From positions 1 through 58,256 of the IMG/VR virus record IMGVR_UViG_3300006120_000024: DNA of 58,256 nt, one strand, 5' to 3'. Below, in pieces: positions 25,132-35,707 of the stretch (its first letter is position 1; each line of letters starts with the position of its first letter). Source of the DNA: a virus (Duplodnaviria > Caudoviricetes). Under the pieces are notes generated by a model. The model made no database searches. It saw nothing but the letters and a program-made list of their open reading frames with translations, and was not told the DNA's origin. The position numbers and the translations under genes are program-made.

Positions 25132-28100
25132 ATGGCACGTTATGGGTTCGGGATATATGACCGGTTTAAGTATGGCGAAAAAGACAACTCCGCCATTTAC
25201 TACAACTCCGGTATTACTGCATTTGCCTATGACTATGCCAAAATTCAGATTACATGGGGAAGAGTAACTCCAGATCCAGGCGATCCTACACCAGTTAACT
25301 GGATGTTGGTAAAGACTTATACAGGAACTCCAGATAACCCATTTGATGGTATCAAGATAGCTGGAGACATATATACAAACTACACAACCACTTATTACGA
25401 TGATGTGACTGCAGCTCTTGGGCTAGAAGTAACTTACTCGTTCTGGATCTTTAATGGTAATGGCTGGGTATTCTGTGGCTCTTCAACAACAGTTGGTGTA
25501 CCTAATAAAGACATGCTAGCTCAGGTATTGCGTTGGCTACCTAGGGCATGGGAAAACTCATCTCAAGGTATTGGTGACGCAACAGGTGAGCCTGGAACCG
25601 GTGACTTTGTCAACACTATGAGTGGCCTTACTTTTGCATACGACAAGCTTAGAACCCAGGCAAGCATCCTTGCAAACAGCGCTAACCATATCTATGCTCC
25701 TAATGAAATATTAAAGTACAAAGTAACTGACTTTGGATTTAACTATGAACCTAGTCTTGGTGACCCCTACCACCGCACTCTTTACAATGCTGGTAACGTA
25801 ATCAACGGCCTTAAGGGAACATCTCAAGCTATCAAGGCATACACAACTGCTCTTACTCATTTAGACGCAAACGTAACTGTAGGCAACAACCTAATGCTTG
25901 ACTACAACGATTCTTCCTTTGAAGAAACTGTAGGTCGTTGGGTAGCTAGCTCTGGAACGTTTATTCAACTTGCATACGCAAACTCATCTTCTGTATTTGG
26001 GTCAACAATTACCCCACCAACTCCTGGCATGTATGACTTTATCTACCCTCCTCGTCAAATTGGGTTTGCGTACCTAACTACAACAGGCACAACTTCAGTA
26101 ACGCTTACGCTTCCTGGCAATGGGTACACTCCAATCTTAAACGGTATCCCAGTACAGCCAAACACCCGCTATGTCTTTACTGGTTGGGTGCAGCACGCAA
26201 ATGCATCTGCAACAGTTACTGCTCAGATTAAGTGGTATGACCAAGTAGGAAACTACATCAGCACCACTACAGCTGGAGCCACTACAACAACCACCTCCTC
26301 ATGGCAGGAGTTTATCTCTGCTTGTGATAGCGGTCGTAATGGAAAGCTGTCTCCTTACAACGCTCAATATGCGGTAGTGCTTTTGACTATTACTCCATCA
26401 TCTGGAACTAACAAATATCTATTTGACATGTTCCAATTTGCTGACCCTATCAGCAGCTTTGAATATGAAGATGCCCGCCGTGTGCGTGTTTACATCGGTG
26501 GGGAACGTGAGAACTACATTGACAACCCTGGTTTTGAACAAGGTATCGGTGGTTGGACAGTCTCTCCAAACGCATCGTTTGCTGAGGATCCAACTATCTA
26601 TCCCGGTGCTGTTCAAGATGGTACAACTGTAGGAGAAATTACTGTAGAAACAGCAGGAACCGCGTATATTACATCTGACTGGATGTGTGTAGATCCTAAC
26701 CAAACCTACGCCTTTAGTGCTTATGTATCTGCTGAGTTTGGTATTAGCCGTCAGGTCTACCCTCGCATTGAATACTCTAACCCTATTAATTTTTCAACAG
26801 CTACAGATAGCAATGGTATTTACTTCCCAGCTAACACTAACTATATTGATGGTACCCCTACTACAACTACATTCCATTACGTCTATGACAGCAATGGCAA
26901 TCCGGTTACAGATCCTTTAATTCCTGGAAACCCACCACAACAGATTCCTAATAAATCTCGTATTTCAGTAACAGCAATCTCTCCATCATATGACAAAGAC
27001 TATGGTTACCCTATGGCCAAAGTATCTATCTGGATTCCTAATGCGCAAGTTGGAGATACCATTTGGATTGATGGTGTTCTACTAGAAGACGCTACATATG
27101 CTCGGGATTACTTTAGCGGCACTAACCCACCTGCACCTATAGACCCATTAGTTAACGTTTACTTTAACCCTATTGATTGCATTTGGGAATACAAGAACAA
27201 GATCAACTTCTTAAGCAACCCATCATTTGAAACCACATCTGACTGGACTATGAACTCTGGCTCTACTCTAAGCCTTGTTACTTCTGGCACGGCTTTATAT
27301 CGTGTTGTCAACTCAGATGGTAGCTATGGCGGTATTGGTGGAACAGTTACCTACTATCCACTTGCTGGAACATATATGGGCCGCATTACTTATAGCACTG
27401 CAGCTTTAGCAACCGGTGGTTTCTCTACAACCGCATATCTTCCTGAACCTGCTATTGGTGGTGAGGATATTGTTTCTTCAATTTATGTTCGTGCAGCTGA
27501 AGGCTTGTACACAATTTCTTCTAAAACAGCTGGTGGCACAGTTATTTCTTCTAACCAAATTTATATAGTACAACACGACCAGTACCAATGGATTAGACTG
27601 CATAACGTGCACCAAGCAGCTGTTGGTGAGACTTCATTTGTATTTAGCATTACTGTTCAAAACTTTTCGGCACCATCTACTGGTATGCCACAGTCTGGAT
27701 ACTTTGATGTTGACGCCGCACAGGTAGAATACGGACGTATCCCAAATGGATTTACAGATCCTCAAGGAGCGTACACAGTAACTCGTCCAAACCCAGGTAA
27801 TCCAAGTAAGAACATGTACTTGTCTCAATACCAAAGCGTTGGGGGAGGAAAAAGCAGCTACTTCCACAACTACTCTACAAAGCTTTCTCGTCTTAAAAAT
27901 TCTCTTGCACTTGTTATGCCTAGCCAGGCCACATGGGCTGTAAAGCCGGGTATGCCTTCAAGACCGTATGCAGGTGAGTTGGTTGAGTCATTGATTCCAT
28001 CAGCATCCTTTGAAAAGGATCTAGGACAATGGACAGCAGTTACTTCTACACTAACCCGCGTCTACGCAAATGGAATATTGTGGGGAGACTCTACTGTTCA

Positions 28101-28476
28101 CGGCGTAGCGTATTGTCAAGTCACAACTGCTGGAAGCAGCGGCTCTAAGACCTTTGGTATTCAAACTGGAAACATCAACGTTTCTTCTGAACTTGGGTAT
28201 TATAGTTCTGTAGCTATTCGTCCTGCTAACGCTGCATCTGTAGGAAGCTACACGCTTACCGTAACTTATTACACCCTCAATGGTACACAGGTTTCTACCC
28301 AATCACAAACTACAAGTATTACTCAAACAAATCGTTGGGCATACATGTCTGTTATATCTTCAACCGCTAACACCATTGGCGCTTCTTATGCTATATTGAA
28401 AGTGACCTGCACACCAACCGCTGCATACAGCAGCACGCAGGCTTTCCACATAGACAAGGCAGTATTTAGACAGTAG
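25132..28476 (+). CDS. Baseplate wedge/tail-I-like protein with repeated carbohydrate-binding-like modules
   Basis: LP..W and KGT...I motifs of tail I/gp7; four N-x-x-x-(P)-S/G-F-E...W module starts. Confidence 0.7.
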   Translation: MARYGFGIYDRFKYGEKDNSAIYYNSGITAFAYDYAKIQITWGRVTPDPGDPTPVNWMLVKTYTGTPDNPFDGIKIAGDIYTNYTTTYYDDVTAALGLEVTYSFWIFNGNGWVFCGSSTTVGVPNKDMLAQVLRWLPRAWENSSQGIGDATGEPGTGDFVNTMSGLTFAYDKLRTQASILANSANHIYAPNEILKYKVTDFGFNYEPSLGDPYHRTLYNAGNVINGLKGTSQAIKAYTTALTHLDANVTVGNNLMLDYNDSSFEETVGRWVASSGTFIQLAYANSSSVFGSTITPPTPGMYDFIYPPRQIGFAYLTTTGTTSVTLTLPGNGYTPILNGIPVQPNTRYVFTGWVQHANASATVTAQIKWYDQVGNYISTTTAGATTTTTSSWQEFISACDSGRNGKLSPYNAQYAVVLLTITPSSGTNKYLFDMFQFADPISSFEYEDARRVRVYIGGERENYIDNPGFEQGIGGWTVSPNASFAEDPTIYPGAVQDGTTVGEITVETAGTAYITSDWMCVDPNQTYAFSAYVSAEFGISRQVYPRIEYSNPINFSTATDSNGIYFPANTNYIDGTPTTTTFHYVYDSNGNPVTDPLIPGNPPQQIPNKSRISVTAISPSYDKDYGYPMAKVSIWIPNAQVGDTIWIDGVLLEDATYARDYFSGTNPPAPIDPLVNVYFNPIDCIWEYKNKINFLSNPSFETTSDWTMNSGSTLSLVTSGTALYRVVNSDGSYGGIGGTVTYYPLAGTYMGRITYSTAALATGGFSTTAYLPEPAIGGEDIVSSIYVRAAEGLYTISSKTAGGTVISSNQIYIVQHDQYQWIRLHNVHQAAVGETSFVFSITVQNFSAPSTGMPQSGYFDVDAAQVEYGRIPNGFTDPQGAYTVTRPNPGNPSKNMYLSQYQSVGGGKSSYFHNYSTKLSRLKNSLALVMPSQATWAVKPGMPSRPYAGELVESLIPSASFEKDLGQWTAVTSTLTRVYANGILWGDSTVHGVAYCQVTTAGSSGSKTFGIQTGNINVSSELGYYSSVAIRPANAASVGSYTLTVTYYTLNGTQVSTQSQTTSITQTNRWAYMSVISSTANTIGASYAILKVTCTPTAAYSSTQAFHIDKAVFRQ

Positions 28477-28484
28477 GGGGCAAG

Positions 28485-28760
28485 ATGTCTATCGTAATAA
28501 TTGCGGCACTAGCAAGTGCTTGCGTGCTAACTGGAGTAGAAGGGTTACTTCGACCGTTAGGAAAGTTTCGAGGACTTCTTGGAATACTTTCCAATATTTT
28601 ATTTCTAATCATTCTTAGTTCTTCTTGGCGTTACTTTGCCGTTTATGTTTTGGCATCAACGTTTATCAGTCTAAGTCTTTCGCTCTTGGTGGAGCATTTA
28701 TTTACGGCAGGCTCGCCTCGTGAGGCACGCAATTTGCCAAGAAGGGTCCCTACCCTATAA
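28485..28760 (+). CDS. Small membrane protein
   Basis: Three hydrophobic segments. Confidence 0.6.
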   Translation: MSIVIIAALASACVLTGVEGLLRPLGKFRGLLGILSNILFLIILSSSWRYFAVYVLASTFISLSLSLLVEHLFTAGSPREARNLPRRVPTL

Positions 28761-28780
28761 ACTCAGAGTGAGGAGGGGTT

Positions 28781-29698
28781 ATGCAATCACCATATTCAAA
28801 CCCATACTTGTCCATGAGGGCAAGAGGTCTATTCGCATATTACGCAGAGCTAGGCAGAGTCGTGTCCGCCGATGAGCTCTCTGCTGTCATGCCCGAAGGT
28901 CGGGATGCAATTCGTAGTGCCATGACAGAGCTAAAGCAATTTCACTATATCAAAGCTACCAGGACCCAGATCAACGGGCAATGGAGCACCTACCTGAAGT
29001 TCACAGATGGGGCTAAAAAGTTCCTTTCCACCGACGACGGATTTTCAGGCGTTCTATTAGTAGACAGTAGTACAACTACTAGTACTAGTGACTTAACTAC
29101 TAGTCCTATAGTAGAACTACTACGTAGTTCTACTATACCTGCACCTGCGGTGCAGGAGGAAGGAGAAGAAATGGTTTGGAATTTAGATGAAGAGGAACCT
29201 GTCAAGGCAGGTGCTCGTAAGATTAGGGACGAGGCAGAAGATGATTCAGGCGCTGTTGGAAAAGTTATTGATAAGAAAGCTATGCGGCAAGCTAAGTATG
29301 GGGCAAAGGCTCTTGCTGGTAGTCCTACTGAGCATCGCAGCAATAAGCCCGAAGATGATTGGGCTACAAAAGATCTGATCGCTGAGTTCATGATGTTGCT
29401 AGATGAGCATGCAGGCAACACGCCTATGCAGATGAACACTCGTCAGATGGCTACATTCATTAACAAGCTTGTTGGTCAGGGAGTTACTCGCGTATCAATC
29501 CTTAAGGGAATCAGAATGTTCTTTGAGGATCAGCGCAACTTGCACGATCTTGGAATTGGTAAGCCACTATGGTCTCGCTTCATTGCTTACTACCAGAGCG
29601 TTCACGGCATCACAGTTCGTGAAGAAGTATCTGCGTACCTAGATGAGGACGACCTAGCGCATCAGGAGAAGATGCTCAGATTACTTGGAGGCAAGTAA
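28781..29698 (+). CDS. Replication initiator (N-terminal winged HTH)
   Basis: LS.RARGL..Y...S..EL...EGRDAI.SA..EL....YI motif; followed by a DnaC-like loader. Confidence 0.75.
   Translation: MQSPYSNPYLSMRARGLFAYYAELGRVVSADELSAVMPEGRDAIRSAMTELKQFHYIKATRTQINGQWSTYLKFTDGAKKFLSTDDGFSGVLLVDSSTTTSTSDLTTSPIVELLRSSTIPAPAVQEEGEEMVWNLDEEEPVKAGARKIRDEAEDDSGAVGKVIDKKAMRQAKYGAKALAGSPTEHRSNKPEDDWATKDLIAEFMMLLDEHAGNTPMQMNTRQMATFINKLVGQGVTRVSILKGIRMFFEDQRNLHDLGIGKPLWSRFIAYYQSVHGITVREEVSAYLDEDDLAHQEKMLRLLGGK
29107..29137. repeat. Perfect 14-bp inverted repeat, candidate replication origin element
   Basis: TATAGTAGAACTAC-TAC-GTAGTTCTACTATA within the initiator gene, preceded by AACTACTAGT direct repeats. Confidence 0.7.
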
Positions 29699-30345
29699 TG
29701 TATGAATTAGACAAAGAAGCTCCAAGTGTCAAACACCGTATCCTACGTGCTGGGTTGCCTATCAAGACGCTTGGCAAGGAGTTCTCAGACCTAGACAATG
29801 CCGGGGCAGCAGAGAAGGTTCAGTTCTGGGTAGAGACAGTCCGTTCTGGAATGGTCATTAAAAGCCCTGGAAGCCCCTCTAGCGGCCTTGGCATCATGCT
29901 GGTAGGGGAACCAGGTCACGGAAAGACCACAATGGCCTCTGTGGCCCTTCAGGAGCTTATTAGGACTATGCCTTTTGAGAAGAGTCGTCCAGCTCTCTTC
30001 ATGGACTACCCAAAGCTACTACGTCTTGAGAAGCTGAGCTGGGAATCTGATCAAGATGATTCGAAGGTTTTGCTTCGTCAGATCTACGGAGATAGCAATA
30101 ATTCAATTGATCTTTTTATCTTAGACGATTTAGGAAAAGAATATCGCACAGCATCAGGCTGGGCAGAAAATACATTTGATGCTTTATTACGTTCACGTTT
30201 CAATGCAGGCTTACCAACGATAGTAACTACTAACACTCCTATCAGAAAATGGGGCGCAGTGTATGGTGAACCAATGGGAAGTTTTGCATATGAAGCATTT
30301 ATACCAATTGAGGTAAAATCGGAAGTGGGGGACCGACGCAAATGA
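29698..30345 (+). CDS. DnaC/IstB-like helicase loader ATPase
   Basis: Walker A GEPGHGKT, Walker B FILDDLGKE, R....PTIVTTN. Confidence 0.9.
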   Translation: MYELDKEAPSVKHRILRAGLPIKTLGKEFSDLDNAGAAEKVQFWVETVRSGMVIKSPGSPSSGLGIMLVGEPGHGKTTMASVALQELIRTMPFEKSRPALFMDYPKLLRLEKLSWESDQDDSKVLLRQIYGDSNNSIDLFILDDLGKEYRTASGWAENTFDALLRSRFNAGLPTIVTTNTPIRKWGAVYGEPMGSFAYEAFIPIEVKSEVGDRRK

Positions 30346-30638
30346 AAGATGTAACCATGGAATGGATGATCACACAGATCTTTCTATCAGATACTGGTGT
30401 GCACGAAGTTTATATCAATGGTAGTAACCATCGGTTGAGATGCGACTGTCCGGGATACATGACGCGAAGTACTTGCAAGCATGTTAACCACGTCAAAGAA
30501 AAGATGAACATTAACGGCGGGGTCTATCCAACAGAGATCTCCAATAAGATTTCTCGTGAAGAAAGCATGTACGCTACTTCAGATCCAAAAGCTTTCAGAG
30601 AAGTTCTTATTAACTACGGCAAGATCATCGCCCTGTAA
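30342..30638 (+). CDS. SWIM zinc-finger protein
   Basis: CDCPG....CKH motif. Confidence 0.75.
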   Translation: MKDVTMEWMITQIFLSDTGVHEVYINGSNHRLRCDCPGYMTRSTCKHVNHVKEKMNINGGVYPTEISNKISREESMYATSDPKAFREVLINYGKIIAL

Positions 30639-30640
30639 AT

Positions 30641-31060
30641 ATGCGTGGGGGCGACATATCAAACGAACTCCCAAAGCGGTTGATCGCAACTCTTGATTGC
30701 GTAACCATGAAGGAGACAAAGATGATCTCAGTTTTTGGCATCAAGGTGCCACAAGAAGAGACTGTCTATAACCGCCAAGCATTAGCAGCATTTTGGCGGT
30801 ACAAAGAAAAACACGACTTTATATTTGAACTTGTTGGGTTCGGGTATTCGCAGAAAGAAATGGACGAGGTACTAGAGGACCTGGACAATCTAGGCACCAA
30901 CCCATTCAACTATGCAAAGGCGTATAACGTAGTAGCAGATTTAGTTGCTGAGCTTCCTTACAGGCCGGAAGTAAGGTACGTAGTGGATATACCGTCACGG
31001 GGCATGCGCTTTGGTGGCAGGTATCTAGATGAGGGGGCACTATATGGCGGCAGACAATGA
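30641..31060 (+). CDS. Hypothetical protein, degenerate HAD-like fold
   Basis: RLIATLD and YVVD segments resemble HAD motifs I and IV without the first Asp. Confidence 0.5.
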   Translation: MRGGDISNELPKRLIATLDCVTMKETKMISVFGIKVPQEETVYNRQALAAFWRYKEKHDFIFELVGFGYSQKEMDEVLEDLDNLGTNPFNYAKAYNVVADLVAELPYRPEVRYVVDIPSRGMRFGGRYLDEGALYGGRQ

Positions 31061-32279
31061 AGAACGCTTACTGTCTAAAGCAATTCGTAATAGGGATATA
31101 ACACCGCTAATCGAGTCGGGCGTACAAGATGACTGGTTCTACACAGACGAAAACCGTCAGATGTGGCGCTTCTTGGTGCGCCATCGTGAAAAGTACGGCG
31201 AGGTTCCTACAGCTGTAACGGTTAAGGAGAACTTCCCCACCTACACGATCTACGCCGTAGAAGATTCCATTGAGTATCTGATTGATCAGCTGCTGGAATA
31301 CCGCAAGCGTCAGAAGACTCTTGATGCATTGATCGATGCGCAGACCCACATCAGTCAGATGGATCACAATGGTGCTCTGCAAGTAATGAGCTCTGCTGTT
31401 CAGGCAATCCTTAACGACGGTACTAGAGACTCTAACGATCTCAACCTTAGTACAGATCCTCTTCAACGCTATGAAGAATACAAAGAGATCAAGGCTCGTC
31501 CTAACGGTCTGCTTGGAATTTCTACAGGCTTTAAGACAATTGATGAAATCACAGCTGGGTTGTTGAAGCAACAATTGTGGACAGTGGTCGCACCACCTAA
31601 GACAGGTAAGTCTGTGCTTGCTATGCAAATGGCTATCCGTGCTCAGGATGAAAACCTGCGCATCATGTTCCAGTCATTTGAAATGACGGCTCGAGAAATG
31701 AAGACTCGTTATGATGCTATGCGTGCACATATGTCACACGGTAGAGCTATTCGTGGTGCGTTGCATTCGGATGAAGAAAAGCGTTTCTTAGATAGTCTTA
31801 ATGTAGATCGTACAGATTTCATCATGCCTGACAACATCGCTGCTATGACTATCACTGGCCTATCAGCAAAGATTGAAAAGTACAAGCCGGATATTGTATT
31901 TGTTGACGGTATGTATTTGATGATCGATGAAGAAACAGGCGAGAGAGAATCCGAGCGCTCACTACGTAGCTTGACACGTAACATGAAGCGAGTAGCACAA
32001 CGCTATGACATACCAGTTGTGGTTACCACCCAGGCTTTGCGTTCTAAAATGCGCGGGGGCAAGGTTACAGCTGACTCTATTGGTTATACATCGTCCTTCT
32101 TACAGGATTCAGACATTGTTCTAGCACTACAGCGCCAAGATGAAGAAGACGATTCTTCTCGTTCTTTGTCAGTAGCAGCTAGTCGTATTTCAGGTATGGG
32201 ATCCACAGATCTACTGTGGGATTGGGAGGAGGGTCGCTTTGAAGAGTATGCAGCTTTCAATAACATCCAGTCCATTTGA
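31044..32279 (+). CDS. dnaB: Replicative DnaB-like helicase
   Basis: GISTGF..ID, APPKTGKS, SFEM, VFVDG, PVVVTTQ and QDSD motifs; likely start is ATG 31044. Confidence 0.9.
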   Translation: MAADNEERLLSKAIRNRDITPLIESGVQDDWFYTDENRQMWRFLVRHREKYGEVPTAVTVKENFPTYTIYAVEDSIEYLIDQLLEYRKRQKTLDALIDAQTHISQMDHNGALQVMSSAVQAILNDGTRDSNDLNLSTDPLQRYEEYKEIKARPNGLLGISTGFKTIDEITAGLLKQQLWTVVAPPKTGKSVLAMQMAIRAQDENLRIMFQSFEMTAREMKTRYDAMRAHMSHGRAIRGALHSDEEKRFLDSLNVDRTDFIMPDNIAAMTITGLSAKIEKYKPDIVFVDGMYLMIDEETGERESERSLRSLTRNMKRVAQRYDIPVVVTTQALRSKMRGGKVTADSIGYTSSFLQDSDIVLALQRQDEEDDSSRSLSVAASRISGMGSTDLLWDWEEGRFEEYAAFNNIQSI

Positions 32280-32505
32280 TGGTACTCAGCTTTGCAGCAC
32301 AGAAAACCCAGATCTTTTCTTTCCTGACAACTATCAGGAGGATCTAGAGCAGATCAAACGCGCTAAGGCAATCTGTAGCAACTGTTGGATAGAGAAGGAT
32401 TGTCTTAAGTTTGCTATGAAGACCAAGCAACGCTACGGAATCTGGGGCGGAACAACTCCTAATGAACGCAAGAGATTAAGGAAGCTAGATGTCTCTAGAT
32501 CTTAG
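32248..32505 (+). CDS. whiB: WhiB family transcription factor
   Basis: C...PDLFFP...AKAICSNC....C...GIWGG...ER. Confidence 0.92.
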   Translation: MQLSITSSPFDGTQLCSTENPDLFFPDNYQEDLEQIKRAKAICSNCWIEKDCLKFAMKTKQRYGIWGGTTPNERKRLRKLDVSRS

Positions 32506-32662
32506 GGGAGATCCCATTCATGTTTGTATCTGTGGCTCAAGGCTATGGAATATACAAGCTATGTTTGAGGACTATGAAATCTCTCTATATATGTTAGATA
32601 TGGAGTGTGCATTATGTGGCGCTATGGCTACAGCTCCCACTTTAGTAGATAAGGAAAATTAA
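32489..32662 (+). CDS. Small zinc-ribbon protein (57 aa, not in ORF track)
   Basis: MSLDLRGDPIHVCICGS...MECALCGAMATAPT; stop overlaps the primase ATG. Confidence 0.7.
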   Translation: MSLDLRGDPIHVCICGSRLWNIQAMFEDYEISLYMLDMECALCGAMATAPTLVDKEN

Positions 32663-33636
32663 TGTACGCAGAGGGTGATGTAGAGGGGGTATTACTCTCG
32701 TTAGGTATTGATGGGCATCAGCGTAATGATGAGATTCTTGCGCTATGCCCTATGCACCTAGAGAGAACTGGGCGGGAAGATTCCAATCCTTCCTGGTCTA
32801 TCAACGTAGAGACTGGTGTACACCACTGCTTTTCATGCGGGTATAAAGGTAACCTCGTTACTCTTGTAGCTGAGGTACAGGAGATGGTCTCAGAATGGGG
32901 AAGACTAGACCTTGATGCCGCTAAGAAGTGGCTCAAAGAAAACGTCTCTATCAACCTGGACTTTATTCGTAAGCAGCTAGAAGAGGCTCGCGATGCCTAT
33001 ATCACCATTCCAGCAGTTGTTGGTATGAGTGAAGCACGTCTGTCGATTTTCGACAGTACTCCACCTGACTGGGCTTTATCTGCTAGAGATCTCAATGAAG
33101 ACGGGATTGCCTACTATGGCGTAAAGTGGTGGGAAGAAAAATCTTCCTGGATAACACCTATCCGCACAGTAGATGGAAAGCTTTTAGGTTGGCAGGAGAA
33201 AAGCCAAGGACCGGTTCGGTACTTCCGTAACCGCCCAGCAGGTATCAAGAAATCCACAACCATGTTCGGTATAGATAGGTTCTCTGGTGGAACTATGGTT
33301 GTAGTTGAGTCTCCACTTGATTGCGTAAAACTAGCATCATTGGGAATTTTTGGAGCAGTGGCAACGTTTGGTGCTTCAGTTAGCGATGAGCAGTTGCAGC
33401 TTATGAAGCGAGCCGATAAATTAATTTTGGCTTTTGATAACCCACGCATAGATCCTGCCGGTGCTAAAGCCTCTAAGGACATGTTCTATCGTCTGCGCAA
33501 AGCAGGCATGGAAGCATGGTTTTTTAGTTATCAAAGTGATGAGTATAAGGACATAGGCGACATGCCAGAAGATTTGGTATCCTTAGGACTGAGGGATGCA
33601 AAACATTCCGTATTTGGAGAGGGGGCGTTTTTATGA
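32662..33636 (+). CDS. dnaG: DNA primase (CHC2 zinc finger + TOPRIM)
   Basis: CPMH..D.NPSW...HCFSCG; VVVES.LD; AFDN..D.AG; KD.GD. Confidence 0.9.
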   Translation: MYAEGDVEGVLLSLGIDGHQRNDEILALCPMHLERTGREDSNPSWSINVETGVHHCFSCGYKGNLVTLVAEVQEMVSEWGRLDLDAAKKWLKENVSINLDFIRKQLEEARDAYITIPAVVGMSEARLSIFDSTPPDWALSARDLNEDGIAYYGVKWWEEKSSWITPIRTVDGKLLGWQEKSQGPVRYFRNRPAGIKKSTTMFGIDRFSGGTMVVVESPLDCVKLASLGIFGAVATFGASVSDEQLQLMKRADKLILAFDNPRIDPAGAKASKDMFYRLRKAGMEAWFFSYQSDEYKDIGDMPEDLVSLGLRDAKHSVFGEGAFL

Positions 33637-34172
33637 TTATTGGTTTGTCAGGTTATGCGCAATCCGGCAAGGATACTGTAGCAAAGTACCTAGTGGAAAA
33701 AAAAGGATTCGAACGCGTTGCGTTTGCAGATCCAATCCGTAATTTGCTTTATGAATTGAATCCAATAATTGGGATAGTATCCAACGAACCTATCTATCTA
33801 AGCAACCGCGTGGATAGTGATGGCTGGGATAAAACAAAGCAGTTACCTGAAGTACGCCGCCTATTGCAAGAGCTTGGTGTAGGTGCCCGTAATGTTATCG
33901 ATAGCGATATCTGGGTAGCTGCCGCCTTGCGTCAGATGGGGGATGTAGACCAGAACTATGTAGTAACTGATGTACGTTTTCAAAATGAGGCAACAACTCT
34001 TCGCCTTATAGACGCAAAAATTTGGCGGGTTGAGCGTATTGGTGTTGATGCAGTAAATTCTCATACATCAGAGCATGACTTAGATAGCTGGGAGTTTGAT
34101 TCCTACATCCATAACAACGGAACTTTAGAAGACTTAGAGTTCACCGTACAGACGGCATTGATGCATCCATAA
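33633..34172 (+). CDS. Deoxynucleoside monophosphate kinase
   Basis: GYAQSGKDT, FADP.R, R.LLQ.LG, VVTDVRF.NE and H.SE motifs. Confidence 0.9.
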   Translation: MIIGLSGYAQSGKDTVAKYLVEKKGFERVAFADPIRNLLYELNPIIGIVSNEPIYLSNRVDSDGWDKTKQLPEVRRLLQELGVGARNVIDSDIWVAAALRQMGDVDQNYVVTDVRFQNEATTLRLIDAKIWRVERIGVDAVNSHTSEHDLDSWEFDSYIHNNGTLEDLEFTVQTALMHP

Positions 34173-35695
34173 TGTTTACCGGAACACTTTTACCCTACCA
34201 GGTTGAGGCCGTAGAGGCCATGGTAGAGCGCAAGAAGATGCTTGTGGCATACGACCTTGGCCTGGGTAAAACTGTTCTTACTATTGCTGCTCTTGAAGAG
34301 TTGGCGACAAAGGAACCAGGTATAGTTATCTGCTTGTCCTCACTTAAGTACCAGTGGGCAGAACAGATTAGGAAGTTTACCGATGTTGGAAACCCTTTGG
34401 TCATTGATGGGACCCCAAAGCAGCGAGAGGCGCAATACGCTAGCGCCCTCACTGGAGAATACTCTCACATCATTCTTAATTACGAGCAGATTGTCAACGA
34501 CTGGGAACAAGTTAGTAAACTCCACAGAGGCTTCATTGTCTGCGACGAAGCAACCGCAATCAAAAGCTTTAGATCTAAACGCTCAAAGCATGTAAAGAAG
34601 CTTACTAGCCCAATTAAGTTTGCCCTTACCGGCACCCCAATTGAGAACGGTAAACCAGAAGAACTTTATAGCATTATGCAATTTGTAGATCCAAAAGTGC
34701 TTGGACGCTTTGATCTCTTTGACAAAACTTTTATTGTACGTAATTACTTTGGTGGCGTAGAACGCTACCGTAATCTGCCTACACTCAATAAGACCCTATC
34801 TAACGTAAGTGTACGTAAGCGCCAGCAGGATCCTGACGTAGCTCCTTATCTACCTGACACTATCTTCGCAGAACCTATACGGGTACCCTTTGATAAGGCG
34901 GGTGCTAACCTCTACACCTATATTGCTAATGAGATCCTACAAGATCTAGAAGACGCCATAGATAGCTATGGAACATCTTTTGACCTATTCTCCCATTACT
35001 CCGGTGAGAATCAGAATGAGGCGGCTAACGCGCTCAAGGGCAAGATCATGTCCAAACTAACAGCATTAAGAATGCTATGCGATAGTCCAGAGCTATTTGA
35101 AGAATCTAGCTCTGGATACGTAGACACTTTAAAACAAAGCGGCAAGCTAGATAAGGTAACGAAGTCGCCAAAGATGGCTGCTCTAAAATCTTACGTAGAT
35201 GACTTTTTAGGACAGGACGAAAATAATAAGGTTGTTATCTTTACTAGCTATGTCCATATGGTCTATTTAATTAGATATCACCTAGGCTATGCCTCAGCTA
35301 AGTACACGGGAGAGATGGATGCAAAAGCAAAAGAAGAATCTAAGGTCTGGTTTCAAACTGATCCAGATTGTCGTATTCTTGTGTCTAGTGATGCCGGCGG
35401 CTATGGCGTGGATCTTCCTCAGGCTAATCTACTTATTAACTACGATCTCCCGTGGAATGCGGGCCTCGCGCTACAACGCAATGGGCGCATTCGTAGAGCA
35501 TCTAGTACGTGGCCGTCAATCGTTATCCAAGACTTCTTAATGCTTGGCTCTATTGAAGAGCGTCAGCATGACATGCTGTTGCAGAAGAACTCTGTAGCTG
35601 ATGCCATCATGGATGGAGAAGGCATAGATGCTGCTGGTGGTATGGAATTAAATTTGGGTAGTCTTAAAGCGTTTTTAAAGGAAACATGGGTCTAG
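34172..35695 (+). CDS. SNF2-family helicase
   Basis: DLGLGKT, DEA, LTGTP.EN, GG.GVDL, YDLPWN and QR.GR..R motifs. Confidence 0.92.
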   Translation: MFTGTLLPYQVEAVEAMVERKKMLVAYDLGLGKTVLTIAALEELATKEPGIVICLSSLKYQWAEQIRKFTDVGNPLVIDGTPKQREAQYASALTGEYSHIILNYEQIVNDWEQVSKLHRGFIVCDEATAIKSFRSKRSKHVKKLTSPIKFALTGTPIENGKPEELYSIMQFVDPKVLGRFDLFDKTFIVRNYFGGVERYRNLPTLNKTLSNVSVRKRQQDPDVAPYLPDTIFAEPIRVPFDKAGANLYTYIANEILQDLEDAIDSYGTSFDLFSHYSGENQNEAANALKGKIMSKLTALRMLCDSPELFEESSSGYVDTLKQSGKLDKVTKSPKMAALKSYVDDFLGQDENNKVVIFTSYVHMVYLIRYHLGYASAKYTGEMDAKAKEESKVWFQTDPDCRILVSSDAGGYGVDLPQANLLINYDLPWNAGLALQRNGRIRRASSTWPSIVIQDFLMLGSIEERQHDMLLQKNSVADAIMDGEGIDAAGGMELNLGSLKAFLKETWV

Positions 35696-35707
35696 AATTA
35701 TGACACT

